Below are positions 11,023-20,504 of a stretch of 64,000 nucleotides of DNA, one piece after another. How positions within the stretch are numbered: position 1 is the first letter of the stretch; each line of letters opens with the position of its first letter. The position numbers and the translations under genes are program-made. The stretch lies in contig CBDCDC010000002.1 in the NCBI GenBank assembly GCA_965215195.1, positions 128,001 to 192,000 on the forward strand, read 5' to 3'. The notes below the pieces were generated by a model that was not told where the DNA came from, did not search any database, and was given only the letters and a program-made list of their open reading frames with translations. Origin of the DNA: Candidatus Latescibacterota bacterium. GTDB lineage: Bacteria; Latescibacterota; UBA2968; UBA8231.

Positions 11023-12180
11023 TCAGACCGCGACCTCTTCGAGCCACGGCAAATCCACCTCAATGCCAAAGCCGGGCGCGTCGCTGGGCACGAGGTAGCC
11101 ATCTTGGATGGCTGGCGTGCCGGGCAACAGGGTCATTTCGCCGAGCGGCACCCCGGGCGGCGACACGCTTTCCGAGCGCTCGCCCCAGACGATGGCCGGC
11201 ATGGCAAAAGAAAGGTGCTGGCCGTAGGGGTAGTTCATGCCGCCGTGGGCAATGACCGAGACGCCCGCGGCCTCGGCGAGGTGGCAAATTTTGACCCCGG
11301 CCGTTATGCCCCCGGCCCACAGCACGTCCGGTTGCAGGATATCGACGAAGCGACCGTTGAGTGCTTGGGCAAAGGTGCGCGGCAAGTACCAGTGCTCGCC
11401 CGCGGCGAGGGTCTGCCAAGGGAGCCGCTGGCGCACTTGGGCGTAGCCGGCCCAATCGTCGGCAGGCAGGTAATCTTCTATCCACTTGAGGCGGTAGGGA
11501 CGGAGCATCTCGGCGAGGCGGACGAGGTGCTCCACGTCCTGCGACAGCCAGCAGTCGAGGCACAGCTCGATGTCGTCGCCGATGAGCTGGCGCGTACTAG
11601 CCACGAGCTCTTCGATTTTCACGAGCCCGTCGAGGCCATCGGCCGCGCCCCACGGGGTGAAGAGCTTGGTCGCCTTAAACCCCAGTTCCATGTACCAAGC
11701 CTGTTCAAACCCGGAAGCATAGCAGAAAATTTGCTCCTTTTGCGGGCCGCCGAGCAGCTCGTACACGGGTTTTTGCAGCAGCTTGCCCTTGAGGTCCCAC
11801 AGCGCGGTGTCCACGGCGCTGATGGCGTAGCTGGCCAGCCCTTGGCCGCCGTAGGGTGCGGTGGAGCGCACCATGACGTCCCACAGCTTTTCCGTGGCCA
11901 TGCAGTTTTCGCCGGCGAGCAGCGCGGCAAAGTGATCGTTGATGATGGGCAGCACTGGAGGCGAGTGGACGGTCAGCCCGAGGCCCCAGGTGCCGTCCTC
12001 GGCCGTGGCCACGCAGGCGATGCGTTGCCAGTCCGGGGAGCCGGTGCGGCCGGCGCGGAAGCGGGCATAGCGGTCAAGCGGGCGGTGCAAGGCGTGGCCG
12101 GGGCGTTGGGCAGGGCGCGGGGGCGTCTTCTGGGGGGGCGCGAGCGCGATTTGCGCGGCGCGGATTTCCTTGATTTTCAC
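11023..12180 (-). CDS. Enolase-superfamily acid-sugar dehydratase (L-rhamnonate dehydratase-like)
   Basis: AISAVDTALWDLKGK, LDCW, WIED, GEH, QPD..WAGG; GTG start inferred. Confidence 0.85.
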   Translation of the reverse strand: MKIKEIRAAQIALAPPQKTPPRPAQRPGHALHRPLDRYARFRAGRTGSPDWQRIACVATAEDGTWGLGLTVHSPPVLPIINDHFAALLAGENCMATEKLWDVMVRSTAPYGGQGLASYAISAVDTALWDLKGKLLQKPVYELLGGPQKEQIFCYASGFEQAWYMELGFKATKLFTPWGAADGLDGLVKIEELVASTRQLIGDDIELCLDCWLSQDVEHLVRLAEMLRPYRLKWIEDYLPADDWAGYAQVRQRLPWQTLAAGEHWYLPRTFAQALNGRFVDILQPDVLWAGGITAGVKICHLAEAAGVSVIAHGGMNYPYGQHLSFAMPAIVWGERSESVSPPGVPLGEMTLLPGTPAIQDGYLVPSDAPGFGIEVDLPWLEEVAV

Positions 12181-12190
12181 CGGGGCCTGC

Positions 12191-13453
12191 TTAGCTGAGT
12201 TGGGAAAAGCGGTTGGGGTCAAAGAGGGTCTGGAGGGTTTGGGCGATGCCGGCGCGGGTCACTTGCCGGCCGGCGCGGTGCAGGTCTTGGTATTTTTCGG
12301 TTAGGACCTTGGCGAGGATTTCGCGGAAGCGCTGCCACTTGGGGATGAGGTTTTCCAGTACGCGGGCGTCCGAGTTGAAGGGGATGAAGCGGTCGCCGGT
12401 CATCTCCAAGCGCATCCGCAGGTCCTGTTCGACCAAGCCCGGATGGTAGTTGAACCACCAGTGGCCAATGACCATGACGTTGTCGTTGTGGCAGGAGAGG
12501 ACGCTGGCGTCGTATTGGTTGGCGTTGTGGAGCGGCGTGATGAAAAAGGCGTTGTCGGGATGGCGGCGCACCAACTGCTGATAGGGGTACATGTCGGCCA
12601 GCCCCACGCCGTCGCCGGCGTCGCGCCACTCGGGCTTGAGCTGGCGGATGGGGCCGGGCATCATAAAAAAGGGCAGCTTAAACTCGCGCAAGGCCGGCAG
12701 TACCGCGTAGTGGAGGACGGCGCCTTCGGGGGTGCTGAGGTCGTGGACTTGGCAGTGGGGCGGGAACGAGCACGCGCCGTATGCGACGCTGTGCAGCTTG
12801 CCATACCAGTCGGCGAGGAAGCGGCGGATCGCATGGGCTGTGCCGGGCTGGCTGGGGTCGTTGCCAACGGCGTAGCCATAGGCGTTGAGCTGCACGGCCG
12901 CACGCGGGTAGTGCAAGACGAGTTCGTCGAGGCGGTAACCGGACAAATAGCACTCGTCCCACTCGCCGCTTTCGTAGTAGGTGCGCTCTTGGTCGTTGAA
13001 CACGTCTTGGGTGCCGACGATGCGGCGCACGCCGGCCAGCTCCATGCAGCGGCGCTGTAGTTCTGCTGGGTCCGTATCCGCGTAGAACTGGCGCGCTTGG
13101 TTGAGCGTGGCGGCGTTGGGGTCGAGGCCGAGGGCTTCTAGGGCTACGACCACGCCGCGACAGCCTTCGTCGAATGGATCGGAAGCAGCGCTGGCAAACA
13201 GCTTCTGCCAAGTAAAATCGCCTTGTTGTTCTAGGCTATAGGAGTAGAAGGTAGCCGGGTCGATGTGGCCGGCCGCAAAGAGCTTGCGGCGCACGTAGTG
13301 ATAGGCGAGCTGCTGGTCGATGCCGTACAGGCAGAGCTGGGGGCCGGCTTGGGGGCCGAGGAGATGGGTGTGCCAGTCGTCCACGATCAGCCGTTGGGCC
13401 GAGGTTTCCTCGGCGACGACGTCGGGGATTTGGTCGCGGAATAGGGTGCTCAT
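12191..13453 (-). CDS. uxaC: Glucuronate (uronate) isomerase, amidohydrolase fold
   Basis: DWHTHL, YHY, GHWWF, PFNSDARVLE..KW. Confidence 0.8.
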   Translation of the reverse strand: MSTLFRDQIPDVVAEETSAQRLIVDDWHTHLLGPQAGPQLCLYGIDQQLAYHYVRRKLFAAGHIDPATFYSYSLEQQGDFTWQKLFASAASDPFDEGCRGVVVALEALGLDPNAATLNQARQFYADTDPAELQRRCMELAGVRRIVGTQDVFNDQERTYYESGEWDECYLSGYRLDELVLHYPRAAVQLNAYGYAVGNDPSQPGTAHAIRRFLADWYGKLHSVAYGACSFPPHCQVHDLSTPEGAVLHYAVLPALREFKLPFFMMPGPIRQLKPEWRDAGDGVGLADMYPYQQLVRRHPDNAFFITPLHNANQYDASVLSCHNDNVMVIGHWWFNYHPGLVEQDLRMRLEMTGDRFIPFNSDARVLENLIPKWQRFREILAKVLTEKYQDLHRAGRQVTRAGIAQTLQTLFDPNRFSQLS

Positions 13454-13597
13454 GGGGGAGGCTCCTGTCGGGTAAGGGCCATAACAGTAGGCCAAGAGCA
13501 ACAGGGCGTCAAAGTTGCCCTTATATGCCGACGGCCCAAGAGCTTTCGCCGTTACTGCGTCGCGTATTATTTTTTTGCAACAACAACGAGGTTTTAT

Positions 13598-13789
13598 ATG
13601 GCTACAACAGTTACTTTAGACTCGAAAATGGTCCAGGCCATCCAGCAGGAGACAAAGCAAAAAAGCAAAGCCTCGGCCGTGCGCATGGCATTAAATGAAT
13701 ACCTGCGTTGGCAAAAGCTCCGCCAACTAGCCGATCTAGCCGGTACTGTTGAGCTACGCTATTCCAACGACGAGTTGGAGGCGATGTAA
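13598..13789 (+). CDS. Orphan VapB-type RHH antitoxin
   Basis: TTVTLD..SKASAVRMALNEYLR..L..LAG.V pattern; GAGG RBS; no PIN toxin follows. Confidence 0.75.
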   Translation: MATTVTLDSKMVQAIQQETKQKSKASAVRMALNEYLRWQKLRQLADLAGTVELRYSNDELEAM

Positions 13790-13825
13790 GAGTCTGGTCT
13801 CCACAAATAGGTGTCTGTGAGATTA

Positions 13826-13968
13826 GAAGCTGTTTCAAAACTAGCGTCGGGTCGCATCAAGGATCGTCAAGTGCCTTCGCATGGAGCGTTTTTCATCGGG
13901 CGAGACGCTTTTGAGCCGACGCTTTTTCTTCACACAAGGAACCGAATCCGGAGTTTTGGGACCACTTC
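13826..13968. mobile_element. Putative MITE (143 bp) with IS1182/IS5-like terminal inverted repeats
   Basis: GAAGCTGTTTCAAAACT (13826-13842) and AGTTTTGGGACCACTTC (13952-13968), 13/17 complementary. RelE similarity stops at its right end. Confidence 0.55.
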
Positions 13969-14104
13969 CTACGTATCCTGCCTCAAAGGGATTCGCGAAA
14001 GGAAGTTGACGAAATACAATGTCTTCTGCTCGGCGTTGAGTCTCTTTGGGAAGAGATGCAAGTTCCTTCAAGAATGTCTTTGTGTAATCAACCTTCCAGT
14101 CCAT
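13969..14104 (-). pseudogene. RelE/ParE-family toxin, 3'-truncated
   Basis: MDWKVDYTKTFLKELASLPKETQRR..NPFEAGYV; the C-terminal catalytic half is absent. Confidence 0.8.
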
Positions 14105-14297
14105 CTTTTAATGCTCTATAGTGATGATAGGCACTCTCTCCTGTAAGACGTTCCTCGTCTTGTACTTCATCTATTAGTTGTGCGAGACCATAATTTTCAA
14201 TGACTTCTTCTATACGCTCAAATTCCGGCAGCGGAATCTGCACGGCTATTGGATTTTGGTTCTCATCGAGAACGTAATGCTTGTGAATTTCCAACAT
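14088..14297 (-). CDS. Antitoxin of the RelE-type TA pair
   Basis: 69-aa acidic protein (YVLDENQNPIAVQIPLPEFE) overlapping the relE start. Confidence 0.75.
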   Translation of the reverse strand: MLEIHKHYVLDENQNPIAVQIPLPEFERIEEVIENYGLAQLIDEVQDEERLTGESAYHHYRALKDGLEG

Positions 14298-14356
14298 TTT
14301 TATTTCCCATTCGGCAGTGGGTTGTAAGAGTCCGTCACGTCGCCTTCCATTGTAAG

Positions 14357-17086
14357 CTACCCAGCGACCTCACTTTCAACCAGCGCCTCAATGCGCACCG
14401 GGCAGACCTTGAGCTCGGCGGTGTCGGTGACCGGGTCGTACCCGGAGCCGGTGAGGACGTTGATCGGCACGTCGTTAAAGCTGAAGCTGGCAAAGACCGT
14501 GCCGCGCGGCGAGCGGGTGGTGGCCCGGAGGCGGATTTCGATGGCACCGCGTGCGCTCGATAGGCGGCACAAGCCCCCGTCTTCGAGGCCCCACGCGGCG
14601 AGGTCTGCGGGGTGGATTTCGAGGCGTTCTTCGGCGAGCAGGTAGTCGATGCCTTGGGCGCGGCCGGTCTGGGTGCGGGTGTGGTACGATTGGAGGCGGC
14701 GGCCGGTCGTCAGCCAGACCGGGAACTCGGCCGAAAGGGTCTCAGCTGGGTCGCGGTAGCGGATGATTTTGAAAAGGCCGCGGCCGTTTTTGAAGGCCCC
14801 CTCGTGCAAAATCGGCGTCCCCGGATGGCCCTTTGCGGGCACGGGCCAGTGGTACTCGCCCTTGTCGATTCGGTCCCAATTGAGGCCGGCGTAGATGGGC
14901 GAGAGCCCGCACAGTTCGTTGAACACTTCCTCGGCCGAAGTGTAGTCGAAGCCGCTAAACCCGAGCCGCTGGGCGAGCTGGCTTATGATCCACCAGTCGG
15001 GTTTGGCCTCGCCGGGCGGGGGCACGGCGCGGCGCAGGCGCTGGACCCGGCGCTCGGTGTTGGTGCAGACCCCGTCGGTCTCGGCAAAGGCGCTGGCCGG
15101 GAAGACCACGTCGGCCAGCGCGGCCGTCTCGGTGAGGAAGATGTCGATGACCACGAGGTGATCCAAGCTCTTGAGCGCGTGCTCGCAGTGCTGGCGGTCC
15201 GGGTCGGAGACGACGGTGTTTTCGCCGTCGATAATCATGGCAAAAATCTCGCTGCCGCAGCGGTTGAGCGCTTGCACCTTGGTGATGCCTTTGTCCGGGT
15301 CCATGTCCCGCCCGTAGAGCGCGGTGAATTTTTCCCTGCTTTCAGGCAGGTCCACCGGCTGGAAGCCGGGATAGTTCGAGGGAATGGCCCCGGAGTCGCC
15401 GGCACCTTGGATGTTGTTCTGCCCTCGCATGGGGTTGATGCCGGTGCCCTCGCGGCCGACGTTGCCGGTTAGCAGGGCGAGATTGCACAGGCTCTGGACG
15501 TTGTCCACGCCGCAGATGTGCTCGGTGATGCCGAGGGTGTAGTAGATGGCGGCCTTGTCGGCGGCCCCGTACCAACGGGCGGCCCGTTCAATGTCGGCCG
15601 CCGGCACCTCGGTGATGGTCGAAGCCCATTCGGGCGTGAATTCCACGACGTGCTCTAGGAACGGCTCAAAGTCGGCCGTGCGCCCCGCCATAAAGGCGCG
15701 ATCGGCCAAGTCGTCGCGGACGATCACGTGCGCCATAGCCAACAGCAAGGCCACGTCCGAGCCGACGCGGATGGGCAGGTACAGGTCGGCCATGTGCGCG
15801 AGCTCGATCTTGCGCGGGTCGGCGACGATCATCTTGGCCCCTCGCTTGAGGGCCTTTTTGATGCGGGTCGCCGCCACCGGGTGGCACTCGGTCATGTTGG
15901 TGCCGATGCAGAAGATCAAGTCCGGTTTTTCCATGTCGGCCAAGGGGTTCGACATGGCACCGCGTCCGATGGTGGCTGCCAGACCGGCAACCGTGGGCGC
16001 GTGTCAGGCACGGCTACAGTTGTCTATGTAGTGCGTGCCATAGCCCCGGCGGATGAACTTCTGCAAGCAGTAGTTGGCCTCCGAAGGCGTGCGGCCGGAG
16101 GCGACGCCGTAGATGGCGTGGCGACCGCGCTCGGCGAGCACCTTGGCAAAGCCTTGGGCGGCGCGGTCGAGCGCAGTGTCCCAATCGGCGGGATGGAGCT
16201 GGTCGTCCTCGCTGCGGACTAGGGGCCTTGTGAGCCGGTCGCGGTGCTGGACGAAATCAAAGGCGAACTGGCCCTTGACGCACAGTGCGCCCTCGTTGGC
16301 CGGGCCGTCCATCGCCGGTTGGATGCCGACGAGTTTATCTCCTTTGGACAGCAGATCCACCGCGCAACCAACGCCGCAGTACGGGCAGACTGAGCGGGTC
16401 TTTTCAATCTCGCCGGGCAGGTTGGCGGCGCGCAGGGCCTTTTTGTCGGCGAGGGCACCGGTGGGGCAGGTCTGGACGCATTGGCCGCAGAAGGTGCAGG
16501 ACGAATCCTTGAGCAGGCCATTGAACTCGGTGGTGATCTGCTTGTGGAAGCCGCGCCCCATGGCGGCAATGGCGTGGTCGCCTTCCTGCTCGGCGCAGAC
16601 GCGGACGCAGCGGTTGCACGAGATGCACAAGTCGTAGTCGCGCAAGATGAAGGGGTTGTCGTCGGTGGGATGCGACTGCCCGGACTGGGCCCCTTGGAAG
16701 CGGCCGGAGCGGGCTTGGTAGCGCTCGACGAGGTCGGTTAGCTCTTGCGAAGCGTATCCGCGCAGGGGATCCACCTCGACTGCGCGGTTTTCCGAGACGA
16801 GCATTTCGAGCAGGGTCTTGCGGTGCTTTTCGAGGGCCGTGGTCGCCGTTTTGACGACCGTGCCGGGCATGGCTTGGGCCGTGCAGGAGGCGACCGGATT
16901 GCGCGCCCCTTCGATTTCGACCACGCAGAGCCGACAGGCCCCAAAAGGTTCTAGGCGCGGATCGTAGCACAGGGTGGGAATGTGCCGGCCATGGCGTTGG
17001 GCGACCTCGTACAGGGTCTCGCCAAGAGCAAAGGAGACTTCTTTGCCATCTAAGGTCAGGGTGGGTTGTTTCCCATTGGTATTCAT
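14357..17086 (-). CDS. fdhF: Selenocysteine-containing formate dehydrogenase alpha subunit, about 909 aa (ORFs 16004-17086 and 14357-15955 are one gene)
   Basis: In-frame TGA at 16004-16006 in DNCSRA-U-HAPTVAGL, the Mo/W ligand position. N-terminal 2Fe-2S, two 4Fe-4S motifs, CPYCGVGC, RGQNNIQG, TNTERRVQ. Confidence 0.93.
15974..16006 (-). promoter_or_regulatory. Bacterial SECIS element with Sec codon
   Basis: mRNA UGA-CACGCGCCCAC-GGUUGCC-GGUCU-GGCAGCC: a 7-bp stem 11 nt after UGA, resembling the E. coli fdhF SECIS. Confidence 0.9.
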
Positions 17087-17100
17087 GGTAAGGCCCTCGT

Positions 17101-18756
17101 TCAGGCGCAGACGCGCTGGGCTACTTGGTCTGGAAAGTACTTGAGGAGGCTATCGGTGATAAAGGGAGCGGCCATGCCGAGGCCGCAGGCGCTGGTGGCC
17201 TTCATGGTGTCGCCGATGTCTGTTACTTCGGTGCGCCACGCGGCTAGGTCTGCTGGCCCGTCGCCATTGAGCCGCTCGGTCAGCCGCTGGGTGCCAATGC
17301 GGCAGGGGAAGCACTTGCCGCAGGACTCTTCGGCGAAGAAGGCCATGGCTTGGCGGGCGATGGCCACCATGTCGCGGCGGTCGTCAAAGGCCATGATGCC
17401 GCCCGCGCCGAGCATAGAGCCGCGGGCGCGGATGGCCGGCTCGTCGAGGGTGACGGAGAGGTCGTCGCTGGCGAGAAAGCCGCCGGAGAGGCCGGCCATA
17501 GTAACGGCTTGGATTGGACGGCCGCGGCTTGGCCCGCCGGCCCACTCGTGGAGTAGGGTGGGAAGCGGCAGGCCCAAGGGGACTTCGTAGTTGCCCGGCC
17601 GCTGCACGTCGCCCGACAGGCTGATGACCTTGGTGCCCGGGTGGCCGTCGAGACCCAGCGCGCGATACCACGCGGCCCCGCGCCGCACGATCGGGGGCAC
17701 CGAGGCCAAGGTTTCGACGTTGTTGACGGCCGTGGGCAGGTTTGCAAAGCCGTGCGTCACCGGGAAGGGCGGGCGGTTGCGCGGGTAGGGGTGTTTGCCT
17801 TCGAGGCTGTTGAGCAAAGAGCCTTCCTCGCCGCAGATATAAGCCCCGGCGCCGCGGCGGATGTGGAGCGCACAGGAGAAGTTGCTGCCGAGGATGTGCT
17901 CGCCGATTAAGTTGGCGGCGCGGGCCTCGGCCAGTGCGTTGGCGAGAATGGCGTGGATTTCTGGGTATTCGTAGCGCAAATAGATAAAGGCGCGGGTAGC
18001 GCCGGTGGCGTACGCGGCGAGGAGCATGCCCTCGATGACCGCGTGTGGGTCCCATTCGAGGAGGGCGCGGTCCTTAAAGCAGCCCGGCTCGCCCTCGTCG
18101 GCATTGCAGACGACGGTTTTGGGTGCGCCCGGGGCCTCGGCAACGGCCTGCCACTTCTGGCCGGTGGGAAAGCCCGCGCCGCCCCGGCCGGCGAGTTGAC
18201 TGTCGGCAATGAGGGCTACCAGTTCGGCTGGCTTCCCGGCGAAGGCTTGTTGCAGTGCTTGGTAGCCGCCGCTTTGGCGATAGCCGGACAGGGTGGCGCG
18301 GCCCGGAGCGCGGATGTCGGCGAAGACGCATTCCTCATAGCCGCCGGGATTGGGCACGGGCCGGGGCGAGGGGCTGGGCGCAAGGCCGTCCGCAGCGGTC
18401 CCGACCAGCACCTGATGGCCTTGGAGGACCGGAATGGGATCGTCGCAGCGACCGGCGCACGGCATGGGCGTGGCGTTGGCGAGGCTGGCGCAGAGCGCGT
18501 CGGCTCCGCGCAGCGCGCAGATCGGACCGGTGCAGACGCGCGGGGCGCTTTGGCCGGGTGCTTGGCGGGCGAAGTGGTGGTAAAAGGTGACGGTGGCAAA
18601 AAGCTCGGCGAGGGGGATTTTCAGGCCCGTTGATACGGCCTCGATCGCTTCTTCCGACAAATAGCTGTCGCGGTCGTGGAAGGCGTGCAGGAGCGGCAAC
18701 AGGGGCGCAGTTTCGTCCTGCCACTGTGCGACGAGCGCGGCGTCTGGGGAGATCAA
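17101..18756 (-). CDS. NAD/FMN-binding diaphorase subunit of FDH (short NuoE-like 2Fe-2S domain fused to NuoF-like domain)
   Basis: VTFYHHF, CTGPIC..CAGRC, GRGGAGFPTG.KW, NADEGEPG.FKDR, ESCGKCFPCR. Start (TTG 18756) uncertain. Confidence 0.88.
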   Translation of the reverse strand: MISPDAALVAQWQDETAPLLPLLHAFHDRDSYLSEEAIEAVSTGLKIPLAELFATVTFYHHFARQAPGQSAPRVCTGPICALRGADALCASLANATPMPCAGRCDDPIPVLQGHQVLVGTAADGLAPSPSPRPVPNPGGYEECVFADIRAPGRATLSGYRQSGGYQALQQAFAGKPAELVALIADSQLAGRGGAGFPTGQKWQAVAEAPGAPKTVVCNADEGEPGCFKDRALLEWDPHAVIEGMLLAAYATGATRAFIYLRYEYPEIHAILANALAEARAANLIGEHILGSNFSCALHIRRGAGAYICGEEGSLLNSLEGKHPYPRNRPPFPVTHGFANLPTAVNNVETLASVPPIVRRGAAWYRALGLDGHPGTKVISLSGDVQRPGNYEVPLGLPLPTLLHEWAGGPSRGRPIQAVTMAGLSGGFLASDDLSVTLDEPAIRARGSMLGAGGIMAFDDRRDMVAIARQAMAFFAEESCGKCFPCRIGTQRLTERLNGDGPADLAAWRTEVTDIGDTMKATSACGLGMAAPFITDSLLKYFPDQVAQRVCA

Positions 18757-19037
18757 GCTAGGGACCTTGCGGAAGCTGCCGCCGACGTAGGATGAGGCGG
18801 CTGAGTTGAAGTCTATTGCTATTTGGATAACTATAGGCGTTGCGCCAACTGAGGGCAATTCATCTACATCAATTATCCTGCATGGCTTCCAGCATAAGGG
18901 CGCGCAATTCGCGGTCAACCTCGATCCCGAATGCCTTGAAAGGTTTGACGCGGTTTTGTTATATACGCATTTTAACCCTATAAAAATATGCGTGTAAGAG
19001 TTTTGTCACGGTTATATTAGGTGCGTAGAGGAATGAC

Positions 19038-20411
19038 GTGTTTCGAGCCGCAATTTGCAATCTGAAGACTTGGCAGACCAAGCCAAAGCGCAAACCGCTG
19101 GTGGTTCGGGGTGCCCGGCAGGTGGGGAAGACCTACCTGATCCGGCAATTTGGCCACGAGTGCTTCCACAATACGGTGGAGTTGAACTTCGAGAGACAAC
19201 CCGAGCTGGCACAGCTATTTGCGTCCAAAGACCCCAACGAGGTCCTCCCGTTGATCGAGTTGCAGTACAACGCAGCTATCAACCCCGGGGGAACGCTCCT
19301 GTTCCTCGACGAGATCCAAGCGGCACCACAGGTCTTTGAGGTGCTGCGCTACTTCTTTGAGGAACGGCCCGATATCCACGTCATCGCCGCGGGTTCACTG
19401 CTCGAATTCGCGCTGGCCGAACCATCCTTTGCAGTGCCTGTTGGCCGCATTGAATACTTGTACCTCGGTCCTATGACCTTTGAGGAATTTCTGCTGGCCC
19501 AAGGCAAAGAGCGCCTCGTTTCTTTTCTTCGTTCCTTTGAGTTCCCCGCCACCATACCCGACCCTTTGCACCGTCAGCTACTGGACGCCGTGCGGCAGTA
19601 CCTCGTGGTGGGCGGGATGCCGGCCAGCGTGTTTGCCTACACCCAGTCCGCGTCGCTTGCCGATACCGAGTCTGAGAAACAATCGATCCTCGAGACCTTT
19701 GTCGAGGATTTTGGCAAATACGCGCGCAGGGCCGATCCCGACCGGCTGCGCAAGGTCTTCACCCGTCTCCCGCTGCTGATTGGTCGGCGGCTGAAATACG
19801 CCCATATTGACCGGGACGATCAGGCGAGAAACCTGGCCCATGCCTTGTCGTTGTTGTGCAAGGCCCTCGTCGCTTGGCGCGTCCATCACAGCGCCTGTAA
19901 CGGCGTCCCGCTGCGGGCGGAAATCAAAGAGACCGCGTTTAAGCCGCTGTTGCTCGACGTCGGCTTGATGTCCAGCGCCTGCGGCCTCAACCTGCTGGAC
20001 TTTACCAGCGCAGACGTGCTGCAAGTGAACCAAGGGAGTGTCTGCGAGCAGTTTGTCGGACAACATTTGCTCTACGGGCAGCCTTCCTTCGTCAGGCCGG
20101 AGCTGTTCTTCTGGATGCGGGAGAAGCCATCTTCCAATGCCGAAGTCGATTACGCGATCAGCATGGGTACTAAAATCATCCCCGTCGAAGTCAAGGCGGG
20201 CAAGACCGGCACGCTCAAGTCGTTGCAGGTCTTTCTCAAGATCAAGGCACAGAAAATAGGGGTGCGCGTGAACAGCGCTCCTCCCACTAGGCATACGGCC
20301 AACTATGCCTTGCCCGGGATGGCGGACCAATCCTTTGAATTGGTCTCGATCCCTTTCTACCTAGTGGGGCAATTGCGTCGGTTATTAGGCGAAAAACAAA
20401 GCGGCGGCTAG
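19038..20411 (+). CDS. AAA_14-type ATPase with DUF4143-like PD-(D/E)XK C-terminus
   Basis: GARQVGKT, FLDEIQ, AAGS, GGMP, EVDY..IPVEVKAG. Confidence 0.88.
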   Translation: MFRAAICNLKTWQTKPKRKPLVVRGARQVGKTYLIRQFGHECFHNTVELNFERQPELAQLFASKDPNEVLPLIELQYNAAINPGGTLLFLDEIQAAPQVFEVLRYFFEERPDIHVIAAGSLLEFALAEPSFAVPVGRIEYLYLGPMTFEEFLLAQGKERLVSFLRSFEFPATIPDPLHRQLLDAVRQYLVVGGMPASVFAYTQSASLADTESEKQSILETFVEDFGKYARRADPDRLRKVFTRLPLLIGRRLKYAHIDRDDQARNLAHALSLLCKALVAWRVHHSACNGVPLRAEIKETAFKPLLLDVGLMSSACGLNLLDFTSADVLQVNQGSVCEQFVGQHLLYGQPSFVRPELFFWMREKPSSNAEVDYAISMGTKIIPVEVKAGKTGTLKSLQVFLKIKAQKIGVRVNSAPPTRHTANYALPGMADQSFELVSIPFYLVGQLRRLLGEKQSGG

Positions 20412-20504
20412 TGCATTGTGCGAATTTGGCTGACTCGTGAGCATGCCCTTTATTTTGTCTTAATCCGCGAAGATAGGGAACGTTCGCCGCCTTTACACAT
20501 TGCT

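Noticed and set aside
10957-12198. Long antisense ORFs (also 21852-23255, 29471-30505, 31772-32779, 41943-42935)
   Set aside because: Shadow frames of well-supported genes in high-GC DNA, with no recognisable motifs.
14357-17086. Formate dehydrogenase alpha as two genes or a nonsense pseudogene
   Set aside because: The stop is UGA at the catalytic Cys/Sec position and is followed by a SECIS hairpin.
18955-19000. AT-rich imperfect inverted repeat upstream of the AAA/DUF4143 gene as a mobile-element end
   Set aside because: Short and imperfect with no partner end found; more likely promoter or operator DNA.
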